A stretch of DNA of 64,000 nt from an uncultured Verrucomicrobiae bacterium (GTDB lineage: Bacteria > Verrucomicrobiota > Verrucomicrobiia > Limisphaerales > Palsa-1400). The stretch spans positions 640,001 to 704,000 of the forward strand of contig CAVPOM010000004.1 in NCBI GenBank assembly GCA_963707025.1, read 5' to 3'. The notes under the pieces were generated by a model, which saw nothing but the letters and a program-made list of their open reading frames with translations, was not told where the DNA came from and made no database searches. How positions within the stretch are numbered: the stretch's first letter is position 1; every line of letters begins with the position of its first letter. The position numbers were made by a program, and so were the translations under genes. This document shows positions 30,849 through 41,397 of this stretch, in pieces.

Positions 30849-31186
30849 ATGAGGCAATGGGATATTTTCATGTTCCCGTTCAGCAAGGAAAAACGGCATC
30901 CCGCGGTTGTCATTTCCAATGATGAAACCTGCCAAAATGGCGACATTGAGGAAGTCAACGCACTGCTTTGCACATCGGCGAAAGTGAACCGAGGCCCGAA
31001 ACTGACCGAAGAAGTGTTGGATGAGGCGGACGGACTCGATTGGAAGACAATGGTTCGTTGTGACAGAATATATTTGCTGCCAAGGCCGGATTCAAGGACG
31101 GGAAAGGACACGTCAGCGAAGAACGGCGACATTTGGTTGCGCGAAAAATGGTGGAAGTGTTAAGGCTGCCAATCCACCGCAGGTAA
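30849..31186 (+). CDS. PemK/MazF-family toxin (apparent frameshift ~31080)
   Basis: MRQWDIFMFPF..KRHPAVVISND, DGLDWKTMVRCDRIY; an alternate frame supplies GHVSEERRHLVARKMVEVLRL. Confidence 0.75.
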
Positions 31187-31311
31187 TAATCGGCGGCGCC
31201 AGGCTCCCGACCGGGCATTCCATTGGCGACGCGGAGGCGCGTGCTTTTGCTTTGCCGCTGCGCTGGCGGACTGGACTTTCCCGCCGGGGGCTGGCATGTT
31301 GGCGCGTCACG

Positions 31312-32121
31312 GTGAATAAACTCGAACAACTGCAATCGCTGCTGCGCTCCTACGGTTCGTGCCTGGTGGCCTATTCGGGCGGGGTGGATTCGGTTTTGCT
31401 GGCGTTTGTGGCCCATCAGACGCTGGGCGGCAAATCCCTGGCGGTGCTGGCCGATTCGCCCAGCCTGCCGCGGCGCGAGTTGGACGAGGCGGTGGCCGTT
31501 GCGGCGCAATTTTCCATTCCGTTGCGGGTGATTCACACCCGGGAGTTTGAAAATCCGGCCTATACCGCCAATCCGGATAACCGGTGCTATTTCTGCAAGC
31601 ACGAATTGTTCGCGCAATTGGCGCCGCTGGCCCGGCAGGAGAATTTCGCCGTCATCGCCTACGGGGAAAATGCCAGTGACGCGGCGGATTATCGTCCCGG
31701 GGCGCAGGCGGCGGGCGAATTTGCGGTGCGCGCGCCGCTGAAGGAGGCCGGGTTGAGCAAGGCGGAAATCCGCGCCCTGTCGGCGCAAATGGGCCTGCCC
31801 ACGGCGGACAAACCGCAGATGGCCTGCCTGAGTTCGCGCGTGCCGCACGGCGAGCCGGTCACGCCGGAGAAACTTTCCATGATTGAGCGAGCGGAATATG
31901 TTTTGCGCGATCTGGGTTTCCACGACTTGAGGGTGCGCCACCACGAATTGCCCGGGCCGGGCGGCCCGCTGGCGCGGATTGAAGTCGGCGCGGGAGAAAT
32001 GCCAAAATTCCTGGCCGGCGGCGCAGGGACGCGCGTGGCCCAAGCCTTGAAAGAAATCGGCTACGCCCACGTCACGCTGGATTTGCAAGGCTATCGCCAG
32101 GGCAGTTCGAAGGGGGTTTAG
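31312..32121 (+). CDS. larE: LarE-like ATP-dependent sacrificial sulfur transferase (PP-loop)
   Basis: VAYSGGVDS, NRCYFCKHELF, DYRPG, ACLSSRVP, LRVRHH, VTLDLQGYRQGS. GTG start. Confidence 0.9.
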   Translation: MNKLEQLQSLLRSYGSCLVAYSGGVDSVLLAFVAHQTLGGKSLAVLADSPSLPRRELDEAVAVAAQFSIPLRVIHTREFENPAYTANPDNRCYFCKHELFAQLAPLARQENFAVIAYGENASDAADYRPGAQAAGEFAVRAPLKEAGLSKAEIRALSAQMGLPTADKPQMACLSSRVPHGEPVTPEKLSMIERAEYVLRDLGFHDLRVRHHELPGPGGPLARIEVGAGEMPKFLAGGAGTRVAQALKEIGYAHVTLDLQGYRQGSSKGV

Positions 32122-32222
32122 GATTAGGATTAGGATTTGCTGTCACCCGGAGTTTGGATTATTGTCCTGACAGGAAACACGATAAAAGCGACCGTCCTTT
32201 GAGCCAGGCCGGTGTTCTGAAT

Positions 32223-32699
32223 ATGAGTGAGGAAACCGCCCGGCAGGCCCTGGCCGAGACTTTGGGCAACGAGACTATTTTACTGGTTGATGACGAGGAG
32301 CTCACCCGCCTGATGCTGGTGGAAATATTAACGCGCCAAGGCTATGGCGTGCTGGATGCGGCACGGGGCGCCAACGCGTTGACGCTGGTGGAAAAGGCGG
32401 CCAAGCCGATTGATCTGCTGGTGACCGATATGTCCATGCCCGGCATGACGGGCTGGGAATTGGCCAAAAGCCTGCGCACGACCCGCCCCGGCCTTCCCGT
32501 GCTCTTTATTTCCGGCCATAATAATCACGAAACGCAAAGTTGGGGCAGGCTGGACCCGCCGCTGGATTATTTGTTCAAACCTTTTTCCTTGGAAGCGTTT
32601 TTGTACAAGGCGCGCCACCTGCTGGATCGCGGAAAAATGTCCGCCGCGGACCGGCTGCGGGAAAAAGCGGGCGCCGGCAGCCCGCCGGTCGTTTCGTGA
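32223..32699 (+). CDS. Single-domain response regulator (receiver)
   Basis: ETILLVDDE, LLVTDMSMPGMTG, FISG, LFKPFS. Confidence 0.9.
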   Translation: MSEETARQALAETLGNETILLVDDEELTRLMLVEILTRQGYGVLDAARGANALTLVEKAAKPIDLLVTDMSMPGMTGWELAKSLRTTRPGLPVLFISGHNNHETQSWGRLDPPLDYLFKPFSLEAFLYKARHLLDRGKMSAADRLREKAGAGSPPVVS

Positions 32700-32701
32700 A
32701 A

Positions 32702-33832
32702 ATGGAGCCTTCTGCCGCGCCCATTGCCCGGTCGCCCGCGCGGGCCGGCGACGCCCCGGCCGCAGCCTGGCCGGAGTCCATGCAGCGGCAGGCGCTGGAA
32801 TACACCCGGCAGTGGGTCGTGGAGCGGCAGGGTTCCTCCGGCGAATTGATCAGGGGGCTGGAGGAGCAACTGGGCTGGCCGGCGCGGCATATTCTCCCGG
32901 GTGTGCTGGCGGCCTTGCGCGCCATCAGGGATTTGCCCGCGACGGAGCGCAAATTCCTTAACTACACACTCAACGACGGCGCGGTGCGGGAGGCCCTGGC
33001 CGGGGAAGCGGGCCCCAACGCGGAGCATCAATCTTCGCTGGATGAGTTGTTTGTGCGCAGCCGGCAATATCGCCGCTCCAAAAGGTTCGCCGCGGCGGTG
33101 GATTTCATGTCGAGATTCCGCGAGTATTCGCCGTTCAACAACATGCTGGTTTTTTTGCAGAACCCGCTCGCCACCTACTTCGCCACCGCCAGCCATTGGC
33201 GCAAGGCTTTCCGGCGCACCGTCAAGGACGAGGCCCGGGGCCTGGTCATCCTGGCCCCGCGCACGCCCGTGCTGATGGTTTATGATATTGCCGACACGGA
33301 CGGGCCGCCTTTGCCGCACAAGTTGCGGGTCTTCATGCAAACCACCGGCCCATTCAATCCGCTGATCCTGGAGCGCACTCTGAAAAACGCGGAGAGGGAC
33401 CGCGTCCGCATCGAGCGCAAGGCAATGGGACCGCTGCGCGGGGGGTTCGCCACCGCGCGGGCGCGGGAGCAGCCTTGGAAAATGCGCATCGGCCTGCGCC
33501 AGGAACTGGAGCCGGCGGCGGCCTATGCCGTGCTCTGCCATGAATTGGCCCACATTTATTTGGGGCATTTGGGCGCGGACAAGGAGGGTGGGTGGCCCTG
33601 GCGATTGAGTCTGCCTTACGCGGTCACGGAGATGGAAGCCGAAGCGGTGGCGTACATTGTCTGCCGCCGGACCGGCTTGCACACCCGCTCGGCGGAATAT
33701 CTCTCCGGCTTTGTGGACGAGGAGGCCGGCCTGGAATCCATCAGCCTGGACCTGGTCAGCCGCGCGGCCGCCCGCATCGAGGACATGGGCCGCCGCCTGC
33801 TGCCTCCGCGCCTGGAGGCCGGCGGCGAGTGA
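32702..33832 (+). CDS. ArdC-like N-terminal domain + ImmA/IrrE-type HExxH metallopeptidase
   Basis: FREYSPFNNMLVFLQNPLATYFATASHW...ILAP (ArdC-N-like); LCHELAH and EMEAEAVAYIVC. Confidence 0.7.
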   Translation: MEPSAAPIARSPARAGDAPAAAWPESMQRQALEYTRQWVVERQGSSGELIRGLEEQLGWPARHILPGVLAALRAIRDLPATERKFLNYTLNDGAVREALAGEAGPNAEHQSSLDELFVRSRQYRRSKRFAAAVDFMSRFREYSPFNNMLVFLQNPLATYFATASHWRKAFRRTVKDEARGLVILAPRTPVLMVYDIADTDGPPLPHKLRVFMQTTGPFNPLILERTLKNAERDRVRIERKAMGPLRGGFATARAREQPWKMRIGLRQELEPAAAYAVLCHELAHIYLGHLGADKEGGWPWRLSLPYAVTEMEAEAVAYIVCRRTGLHTRSAEYLSGFVDEEAGLESISLDLVSRAAARIEDMGRRLLPPRLEAGGE

Positions 33833-33886
33833 GGGGAGGCGCAATCCGCGCTGGACAAACAGCGCCGCGCCGCCCTATTTTCCGGC

Positions 33887-34471
33887 ATGGCCTTAACTGC
33901 TTCAACCATGCTGGCGCTGGGAACGGCGGCCCCGGATTTCCGGCTGCCCGACGTGAACGGAAAAATGGTGGCGCTGGCGGATTTTAACTCCGCCCCGGCC
34001 CTGGTGGTTCTGTTCATCTGCAATCACTGTCCCTACGTCAAACATATCCGCGCCGGGCTGGCCGAATTCGGCCGGGACGCGCAGAAGCGCGGCGCCGCCG
34101 TGGTCGCGATCAACGCCAACGACGCCGAAGAGTATGCGGAGGACAGCCCGGCAAAGATGAAGCAGGAAGCGCAGGCGGTGGGTTACCCGTTTGCCTACCT
34201 GTTTGACGAGTCCCAGGCGGTGGCCAAGGCCTACCGGGCGGCCTGCACGCCGGATATATTTCTGTTTGACAAAGATCGCAGGCTGGCTTACCGCGGCCAG
34301 TTTGATGACAGCCGCCCGGGCAAAAGCGCGCCGGTGACGGGCCGGGATTTGCGGGCCGCGCTGGAGGCGGTTTTGGCGGGAAAGCCCGGTCCGGCCATCC
34401 AGACCGCCAGCATCGGCTGCAACATCAAGTGGAAGCCCGGCAACGCGCCGGATTACGCCGGAGGAGTTTAG
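33887..34471 (+). CDS. Thioredoxin-fold protein (AhpC/TSA family)
   Basis: APDFRLPD, FICNHCPYV, AACTPD, YRGQFDD, SIGCNIKW. Confidence 0.92.
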   Translation: MALTASTMLALGTAAPDFRLPDVNGKMVALADFNSAPALVVLFICNHCPYVKHIRAGLAEFGRDAQKRGAAVVAINANDAEEYAEDSPAKMKQEAQAVGYPFAYLFDESQAVAKAYRAACTPDIFLFDKDRRLAYRGQFDDSRPGKSAPVTGRDLRAALEAVLAGKPGPAIQTASIGCNIKWKPGNAPDYAGGV

Positions 34472-34623
34472 GATTGTGATTGTAATGCGCCAGTCCTGGT
34501 TGGCAGGGTCCCGATTCATCGGGATCGAGCCGTAACTCGATTCCGTGGGATTTAGTCACGGCTCGAACAGAGTCTCGCCCTGCCGATTGAGAATCGCGCA
34601 TTTCTGGCAGCGAAGATTTCCAC

Positions 34624-35613
34624 ATGCAAAATAGTTTTCTCGGAATCGAAATCGGCGGCACCAAATTGCAAATCGTGGCCGGCAATGAGGCGGGCGCAAT
34701 TGAGGAGCGATTTCGCTTTGCCATCAGGCCCGCCGGCGGCGCTGCCGGGATTCGCCGCCAAATGGAAGAAACGCTCCGCGATCTGGTCCCGCGCCTCAAA
34801 CCGTCCGCCATCGGGGTCGGTTTTGGCGGCCCGGTGGATTGGCGGACCGGAGTCATCTGCTGCTCGCATCACATTGAGGGATGGACGGATTTTCCGCTGG
34901 GGCCGAGGTTGTCCGGGCTGGCGGGCGCGCCGGTTTATGTGGACAATGATGCCAATGTGGCGGCGCTGGCAGAGGCGCGGCGCGGCGGGGGCCATGGATT
35001 TAATCCGGTTTTTTACGTGACGCTGGGCAGCGGAGTCGGGGGCGGCCTGGTGGTGGACGGAAGGATTTATCACGGGGCCAGGCCCGGCGAGGTGGAAATC
35101 GGGCATGTCCGCCTGGACCGGTCCGGCGTCATCCTGGAATCGCGCTGTTCGGGCTGGGCGGTGGATGGGAAAGTGCGGCGGGCCATGGCGGAGAATCCAT
35201 TGGGTTTGCTGGCCAGCCAGGCCGGTGGCGCCACGAGTGGGGAGGCAAGGTTCATCGCGCCGGCCCTGGCGGGAGGCGATGCGGCCGCGCGAAGGATTTT
35301 GGAGGAAACGGCGGGTGATCTGGGTTTTGGCCTGTCGCATGTGGTGCAGTTGCTTCATCCGGAGGTCATCGTGCTGGGCGGAGGATTATCGCTCATTGGC
35401 GAACCGCTGCGGGCGGCGGTGGAAAGAGCATTGCCGCCGTTCGTCATGCAGGCGTTTCGGCCCGGGCCCAGGATTGTGCTGGCCGGGCTTGGGGAGGATG
35501 CCGTGCCGGTGGGGGCGCTGGAATTGGCCAAGCAGTGCCATGAGCCTGTCATGGGTGGCAGGGCGGGTCCCGAATTATCGGGACCCGCCCTGCCTTTCCC
35601 GATCCAACCATGA
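34624..35613 (+). CDS. ROK family sugar kinase
   Basis: GIEIGGTK, DNDANVAALAE, TLGSGVGGG, EIGH. Confidence 0.9.
   Translation: MQNSFLGIEIGGTKLQIVAGNEAGAIEERFRFAIRPAGGAAGIRRQMEETLRDLVPRLKPSAIGVGFGGPVDWRTGVICCSHHIEGWTDFPLGPRLSGLAGAPVYVDNDANVAALAEARRGGGHGFNPVFYVTLGSGVGGGLVVDGRIYHGARPGEVEIGHVRLDRSGVILESRCSGWAVDGKVRRAMAENPLGLLASQAGGATSGEARFIAPALAGGDAAARRILEETAGDLGFGLSHVVQLLHPEVIVLGGGLSLIGEPLRAAVERALPPFVMQAFRPGPRIVLAGLGEDAVPVGALELAKQCHEPVMGGRAGPELSGPALPFPIQP
35557..35594. repeat. Perfect 17-bp-arm hairpin (REP-like) inside the 3' end of the ROK gene
   Basis: GGCAGGGCGGGTCCCGA-ATTA-TCGGGACCCGCCCTGCC. Confidence 0.85.
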
Positions 35614-35670
35614 CTGGCGCAATACAATGGGGTCTTGAATCGCGGGCAAATTGACTTAGACTTGGGAGAG

Positions 35671-36240
35671 ATGAATCCTTGGATTTGCGATTATATCAAG
35701 GCCCAAAAGGCGGCGCTGGATTCCATTCCCGCGCAGGCGGTGGAGGAATTGGTCAAACTGCTGCGTCAGGCGCTGCAGGAGGACCGCCAGATTTTTGTCT
35801 TTGGCAACGGTGGCAGCGCCGCCAACGCCTCCCATTTCGTCACCGATCTGGGCAAAGGCGCCTCCGACAAAGCGGGCAGACGCTTCCGCTGCCTGTCCCT
35901 CAACGACAACGTGAGCTGGATGACGGCGCTGGCCAACGATTACGCCTATGAGGACATCTTCGTCCGCCAGTTGGAGAATTACGGGCGCAAAGGCGACGTG
36001 GCCCTGGCCCTGAGCGTGAGCGGCAATTCCCCCAACGGGGTCAAGGCCCTGGCCTGGGCCAAAAAGGCCGGGCTGACCACCATCGCCCTGGTGGGCGGCA
36101 AACGGGGCGAGATGGCCCGGCTCGCCCAGCATGTCATTGTAATTGACTCCGTTCATTACGGGCGGGTGGAGGACGCCCAGATGGCGATTTGCCACATGCT
36201 TTGTTATGCCTTCATGGAACATCCCGAATGGGCGCAATAG
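35671..36240 (+). CDS. SIS-domain phosphoheptose isomerase (GmhA-like)
   Basis: FGNGGSAANASH, TALANDY, SVSGNSPN, VEDAQ. Confidence 0.85.
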   Translation: MNPWICDYIKAQKAALDSIPAQAVEELVKLLRQALQEDRQIFVFGNGGSAANASHFVTDLGKGASDKAGRRFRCLSLNDNVSWMTALANDYAYEDIFVRQLENYGRKGDVALALSVSGNSPNGVKALAWAKKAGLTTIALVGGKRGEMARLAQHVIVIDSVHYGRVEDAQMAICHMLCYAFMEHPEWAQ

Positions 36241-36261
36241 CCTGAAGCGCGCGTCTGTGTT

Positions 36262-37794
36262 ATGCCCGCGACCGAGCAGATTCGCAAAAAGATCGGGAAT
36301 CTGCCGCACAAGCCCGGGGTTTATTTGATGAAGGACCGTTTCGGCACGGTCATTTATGTGGGCAAGGCGCGCGATTTGCGCAAGCGCGTCAGCACCTATT
36401 TTCACCCTTCCCGCCGCCTGGGCTGGGACTTGAAGTTCAACGCGCTGGTGGACGCGGTGCATGACCTGGACACCTACACGGTGGGCAGCGAACCGGAGGC
36501 GCTGCTCCTGGAGGGCAAGCTCATCAAGGAATACCAGCCGCGCTACAACATCAGCTTTCGCGACGACAAACGGTTTCTGCTCATCAAAATCAACTTGAAC
36601 GATCCCATCCCGCGCTTCATGCTGACACGCCTGCGCCAGGACGACGGGGCGCGTTACTTTGGCCCCTTCGCCCATTCGGCCTCGGCGCGCCACACCCTCA
36701 CCCTGGCCCGGCGCAAATTCAATTTGCGCGGCTGCCGCCCCCTCACCCCCGGGGAGGAGGACTACAAACATTGCCTCTACGGCCATCTCAAATACTGCAC
36801 CGCTCCCTGCATCGGCAATGTCAGCCGCGAGGATTACCGCCTCCAGGCCCGGGCAGCCTGCGATTTCCTGGACGGCCAAACCGGCGAAATGGAGCGCGAT
36901 TTGGAAGAGCAGATGAAAAAGGCCGCCGCGGCGGAGGATTTTGAGAAGGCGGCGCAATGGCGCGACGCCCTGGACGACCTGCGCCGCACGGTGGAAAAAA
37001 CCAAAAAATTTCCGCGCCTGCCATACAGCCTTCCCGTGGCCGTGGAGCCGCAGGCGGACCTGGCCGAGCTGGCCAAAGTTCTCGCCCTGCCGGCCAACCC
37101 GGCGCGCATCGAGGGTTTTGACATTTCCAACATCAGCGGCACCTTCGCCGTCGCTTCCATGGTGAGTTTTCGCAACGGCAGGCCCGACCGCTCCAATTAC
37201 CGCCGCTACCGCATTAAAACGGCGGCGGGCCAGGACGACTTTGCCTGCATGGCCGAAACGGTGCGGCGGCGCTACGCGCGGTTGCTGGCGGAAGGCGTGG
37301 CCAGGCCCGGCGGGGAGGGCGGAGGAGCGGCCCCCATCCTGCTGCCCGACTTAATTTTGATTGACGGCGGCAAGGGGCAGCTCAACGCGGCGGTGGCGGA
37401 ACTGACCGCGCTGGGTTTGGAGCGCATCCCCATCCTGGGCCTGGCCAAGGAATTTGAGGAAATCTTCCGGCCCGGGGAGACGGAGCCATTGCGGTTGAGC
37501 CATGATTGCGGCGCATTGAAATTATTGCAGCGGGTGCGGGACGAGTCCCATCGTTTTGCCAACACCTACAACGCGCAACTGCGGCTGAAGAGAATCTCCG
37601 AAAGCATTCTGGATGAGTTTCCCGGAATGGGCGGCCGGCGCAAGGCGGCACTTTTGAAAAAATTCGGTTCCGTGCAACGATTGCGGCTGGCCCGGGTGGA
37701 GCAGATCGCGGAGGTTTGCGGTTTTGGCGGAAAGACGGCGGAGGCCTTGAAGAAGTTTCTGGAGGCGCACTCGCCCTCCGGTGGGAAGGTCTGA
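36262..37794 (+). CDS. uvrC: Excinuclease ABC subunit C
   Basis: PGVYLMK..IYVGKA (GIY-YIG), Cys-rich region, UVR motif, IEGFDISN, IDGGKGQL, RVRDESHRFA, HhH. Confidence 0.95.
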   Translation: MPATEQIRKKIGNLPHKPGVYLMKDRFGTVIYVGKARDLRKRVSTYFHPSRRLGWDLKFNALVDAVHDLDTYTVGSEPEALLLEGKLIKEYQPRYNISFRDDKRFLLIKINLNDPIPRFMLTRLRQDDGARYFGPFAHSASARHTLTLARRKFNLRGCRPLTPGEEDYKHCLYGHLKYCTAPCIGNVSREDYRLQARAACDFLDGQTGEMERDLEEQMKKAAAAEDFEKAAQWRDALDDLRRTVEKTKKFPRLPYSLPVAVEPQADLAELAKVLALPANPARIEGFDISNISGTFAVASMVSFRNGRPDRSNYRRYRIKTAAGQDDFACMAETVRRRYARLLAEGVARPGGEGGGAAPILLPDLILIDGGKGQLNAAVAELTALGLERIPILGLAKEFEEIFRPGETEPLRLSHDCGALKLLQRVRDESHRFANTYNAQLRLKRISESILDEFPGMGGRRKAALLKKFGSVQRLRLARVEQIAEVCGFGGKTAEALKKFLEAHSPSGGKV

Positions 37795-37826
37795 CCGATC
37801 GGTCCTATCAGTCGGATCCGACTGAT
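37793..37826. repeat. Two perfect palindromes between convergent uvrC and secA
   Basis: GACCGATCGGTC (37793-37804) and ATCAGTCGGATCCGACTGAT (37807-37826). Confidence 0.6.
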
Positions 37827-37863
37827 TCCGTTTTGTCAGGCGGTTCCATGACCTTCCCCGCCG

Positions 37864-40800
37864 CTATCCGTTTTTGCCGCAGCACTGTTTGTATTTCTTG
37901 CCGCTGCCACAGGTGCAGGGGTCGTTGCGGCCCACTTTGGGGCCGGTGCGGACGGGCCTGGCCTTCTGGGCCTTGGCCACAAACTCGGTTGCTTCGGGTC
38001 ACCATGTCGCTGGGATTCTTGCCGCCGGCGGAGGCGGTGGCGGTGGGGGACTCCGGCTGGCCGGTGCCAAAGGAACTGACCTCCAGGTGGGTTGTTTTGC
38101 GCGGGATGCGGTTCTGGAATTGGGTCAGGGCCAGCAGGCTGGAGGAACTGCGGAAGATGTTGTGGCAAATCTCGCTTTTGATGCTGGTCATCAACTCCTC
38201 GAACACCTTGAAGGCCTCGGCCTGGTATTCCACCAGCGGATCGCGCTGGCCGTAGGCGCGCAAGCCGACGCTTTCGCGCAAGCCGTCCATGCCGTAGAGA
38301 TGCTCCTGCCAGAGCTTGTCCACGGAAACCAGGATGGTGTAGCGCTCCACCGATTTGAGGGCGTCGGGATTTTCACAACTGACCTTCAATTCATAAATGT
38401 TGCGCACGGCCTTGCAGATAAACTGGCAGACGGCAAATTGGGCCGCGCTCAGGCCGGCAAAGGCCGACCCTTCCAGCGGCGCCTCGTGGCCGGATTTGGC
38501 GGCCTTGATGATTTCCTCTTCGGGCATGGTCAGGGGAAAATTGAGGTTGACCCAGTCGGCCAGGGGCCGGGGCGTCCACTCCTCCGGTTCGGCGTTGTCC
38601 AGGGTCAATTCCCGGACTTTGGAGATGACCACTTCCTCCATGATGTCCATCAGCCGGTCGCGCACGTCGTCGGCGTTGATCACTTCGTCGCGGAAGCCGT
38701 AAATGACCTCGCGCTGTTTGTTCATCACGTCGTCGTATTCCAAGGTGCGTTTGCGGCGCTGGAAGTTCTGCTGTTCGACCCGCTTCTGGGCGGACTGGAT
38801 GGATTTATCGAGCATGAAGTGCTCCAGTTCCTGGCCTTCCTCCAGCCCGACCCGCTCCATCATTTTGACCAGTTTGTCCGAGCCGCCGAACAGGCGCATC
38901 AGGTCGTCCTCCAGGGAGATGAAAAAGTGGGAGGAGCCCGGGTCGCCCTGGCGGGCGCAACGTCCGCGCAACTGGCGGTCAATGCGGCGGGATTCGTGGC
39001 GCTCGGTGCCGATGACGTGCAAGCCGCCCAGCCCTGCCACGGCCTCGCCCAGTTTGATGTCGGTGCCGCGCCCGGCCATGTTGGTGGCGATGGTGACCGA
39101 GCCGCGCTGGCCGGCGCGGGAGACAATCTCGGCTTCCTGCTGGTGATATTTGGCGTTGAGGACGGAATGGATGATGCCGGTTTTCTGCAACATTCTGGAG
39201 ACATGCTCGCTGGTTTCCACCGAGACGGTGCCGACCAGAATGGGGCGGCCCTGGTTGTGAATGGCGGTGATTTCCTTGAGGACGGCGTTGAATTTTTCGC
39301 GTTTGGTTTTATAGACCGAATCGTTGGCGTCCCGCCGCGCCACCGGGCGGTTGGTGGGGATGACCAGGACGCCCAGTTTGTAAATGTCCAGAAATTCGGA
39401 GGCCTCGGTCTCGGCGGTGCCGGTCATGCCGGCCAGCTTTTTGTAAAGCCGGAAATAATTTTGAATGGTGATGGTGGCCAGGGTCTGGGTCTCGCGCTCG
39501 ACCTCCACCCCCTCCTTGGCTTCGACCGCCTGGTGCAAGCCGTCGCTCCAGCGCCGGCCATACATGGGCCGCCCGGTGTGTTCGTCCACGATGACCACCT
39601 TGCCGTTTTCCACCACGTAATGCACGTCCAGTTGGTAAAGACTGTAGGCCTTGAGCAGTTGGGAAATGGTATGGATGTCGCCGGCCTTGGATTCGAACTC
39701 GGCCTGGACTTGCGCTTTTAATTCCAGCCGCCGGCGCGGGTCGGCTTCCGGGCCGGTGTCTATCTCATGAAATTTCACGGTCAAATCCGGCAGGACGAAC
39801 GCGTCCGGGTCCTGGGGCCGCATGAAAGCGCGCCCTTTTTCCGTCAGGTCGGCATCATGGCTCTTCTCGTCCATGGCGAAGAACAGTTCCTCCTTCTCGG
39901 CATAAAGGGCTTTCTTGGTTTGATCGGCATGCAACTCCAATTCGGCCTGGTTCATCAGCCGCTGGTTCTCCGGATTTTCCAGCACTTTGAGAAAATTGGG
40001 CGAGCGGGGGCACCCCGACTTGACGCGAAACAGCAGCAGGCCGATTCTGGCTTCCAGCTCCTGCGGGCGGGCCGGATTGGAGCCGTCGGCCGGGTGCAGT
40101 TTTTTCATCAAATCCTCCGCCTCGGCCAGGAAGCGGGCGCACAGCTTTTCCTGGGCGCGCTCGAGCGATTCGACCACCGGTTTGAACTGGTCGTATTTGT
40201 TGTCAATGGCCAGCACGGACGGGCCGCTGATGATCAGGGGCGTGCGCGCCTCGTCAATAAGAATGGAGTCCACTTCGTCCACAATGGCGAAATAATGCCC
40301 GCGCTGCACCTGTTCCTCCCGGCGCATGGCCATGCCGTTGTCGCGCAAGTAATCGAAGCCGAATTCGGAGTTGGTGCCGTAGGTGATGTCGCAATTGTAT
40401 TGCTCGCGCCGCACGGCGGGGGATTGGTCCCGGAGAATGCAGCCGACCGTCAGGCCCAAAAACCGGTAAACCGCGCCCATCCATTCGCTGTCGCGCGCCG
40501 CCAGATAATCGTTGACCGTGACGACATGCACGCCCAGGCCGGTCAGGGCGTTGAGATAGACCGGCATGGTGGCGACCAGGGTTTTGCCCTCGCCGGTGGC
40601 CATTTCCGCGATCTTGCCCTGGTGCAGGGCGATGGCGCCGACCAGTTGCACGTCGAACGGGATCATCTCCCATTTCAGCGGATGTTCCCGCACGATGATT
40701 TCCGTGCCGCAGAGGCGGCGGCAGGCATCTTTCACCACGGCGCAGGCTTCGGGCAAGATCTCATTCAGGCGCGCCGCCCTTTCCGCCGCGTCCTGGATGG

Positions 40801-40966
40801 GCGCCAGCTCGGCCTTCCATTGTGCGGTTTTTTGGCGCAAAACCTCTTCCGGCTGGGACTGGAGCGCCGTTTCGTGCCCGTTGATCAGTTTGACCAGCGG
40901 ACCGAGCTTTCTCACCTCGCGTTCGTTTTTTGAACCGACAATTTTCTTGATGATATACTTGATCAT
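37864..40966 (-). CDS. secA: Preprotein translocase subunit SecA (apparent frameshift ~37997)
   Basis: [53 protein letters not shown]; removing one C restores the SEC-C tail [21 protein letters not shown]. Confidence 0.97.
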
Positions 40967-41104
40967 ACCAGCTTTGGCGCGCCCCCTTCCTTCCAACTCC
41001 GGCCCGCCTGGCACGCCTGCGGCGGCTGGGCCGCCCCTCGCGCTGGGGAAGGCTACGGGAAGACAGGGGAAGCGTCAAAGAATAACCGCCCGGCCCCGCG
41101 CCGG

Positions 41105-41347
41105 CTAAGGGCGCTTGCCGCTCTTGCGGCCGCGATGGCCCTTGCGCCGCGTAACGCTTTCGATCATGAGTGAACTGAGATGATGCGGGGTTTCGTCGGC
41201 CTCAAAGAAGATGATAAACGAGCCTTTGGGCGAAACCATAACAAAATCCGGATGCGGCACGACAAAGCTTTCGCCGCTTACCATTTGGATTTTATATGGC
41301 TGGAACGGCACCGCGCGATTAAATTCACGTATTGATGTGACGACCAT
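41105..41347 (-). CDS. Small hypothetical protein
   Basis: 80 aa with PFQPYKIQMVSGESFVVPHPD, a pattern recalled from small PVC proteins. Confidence 0.6.
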   Translation of the reverse strand: MVVTSIREFNRAVPFQPYKIQMVSGESFVVPHPDFVMVSPKGSFIIFFEADETPHHLSSLMIESVTRRKGHRGRKSGKRP

Positions 41348-41397
41348 AGAAATTACATAGCCCGGTTCGCCTGATTTTTCAAGCGCCGGCTGGACCC

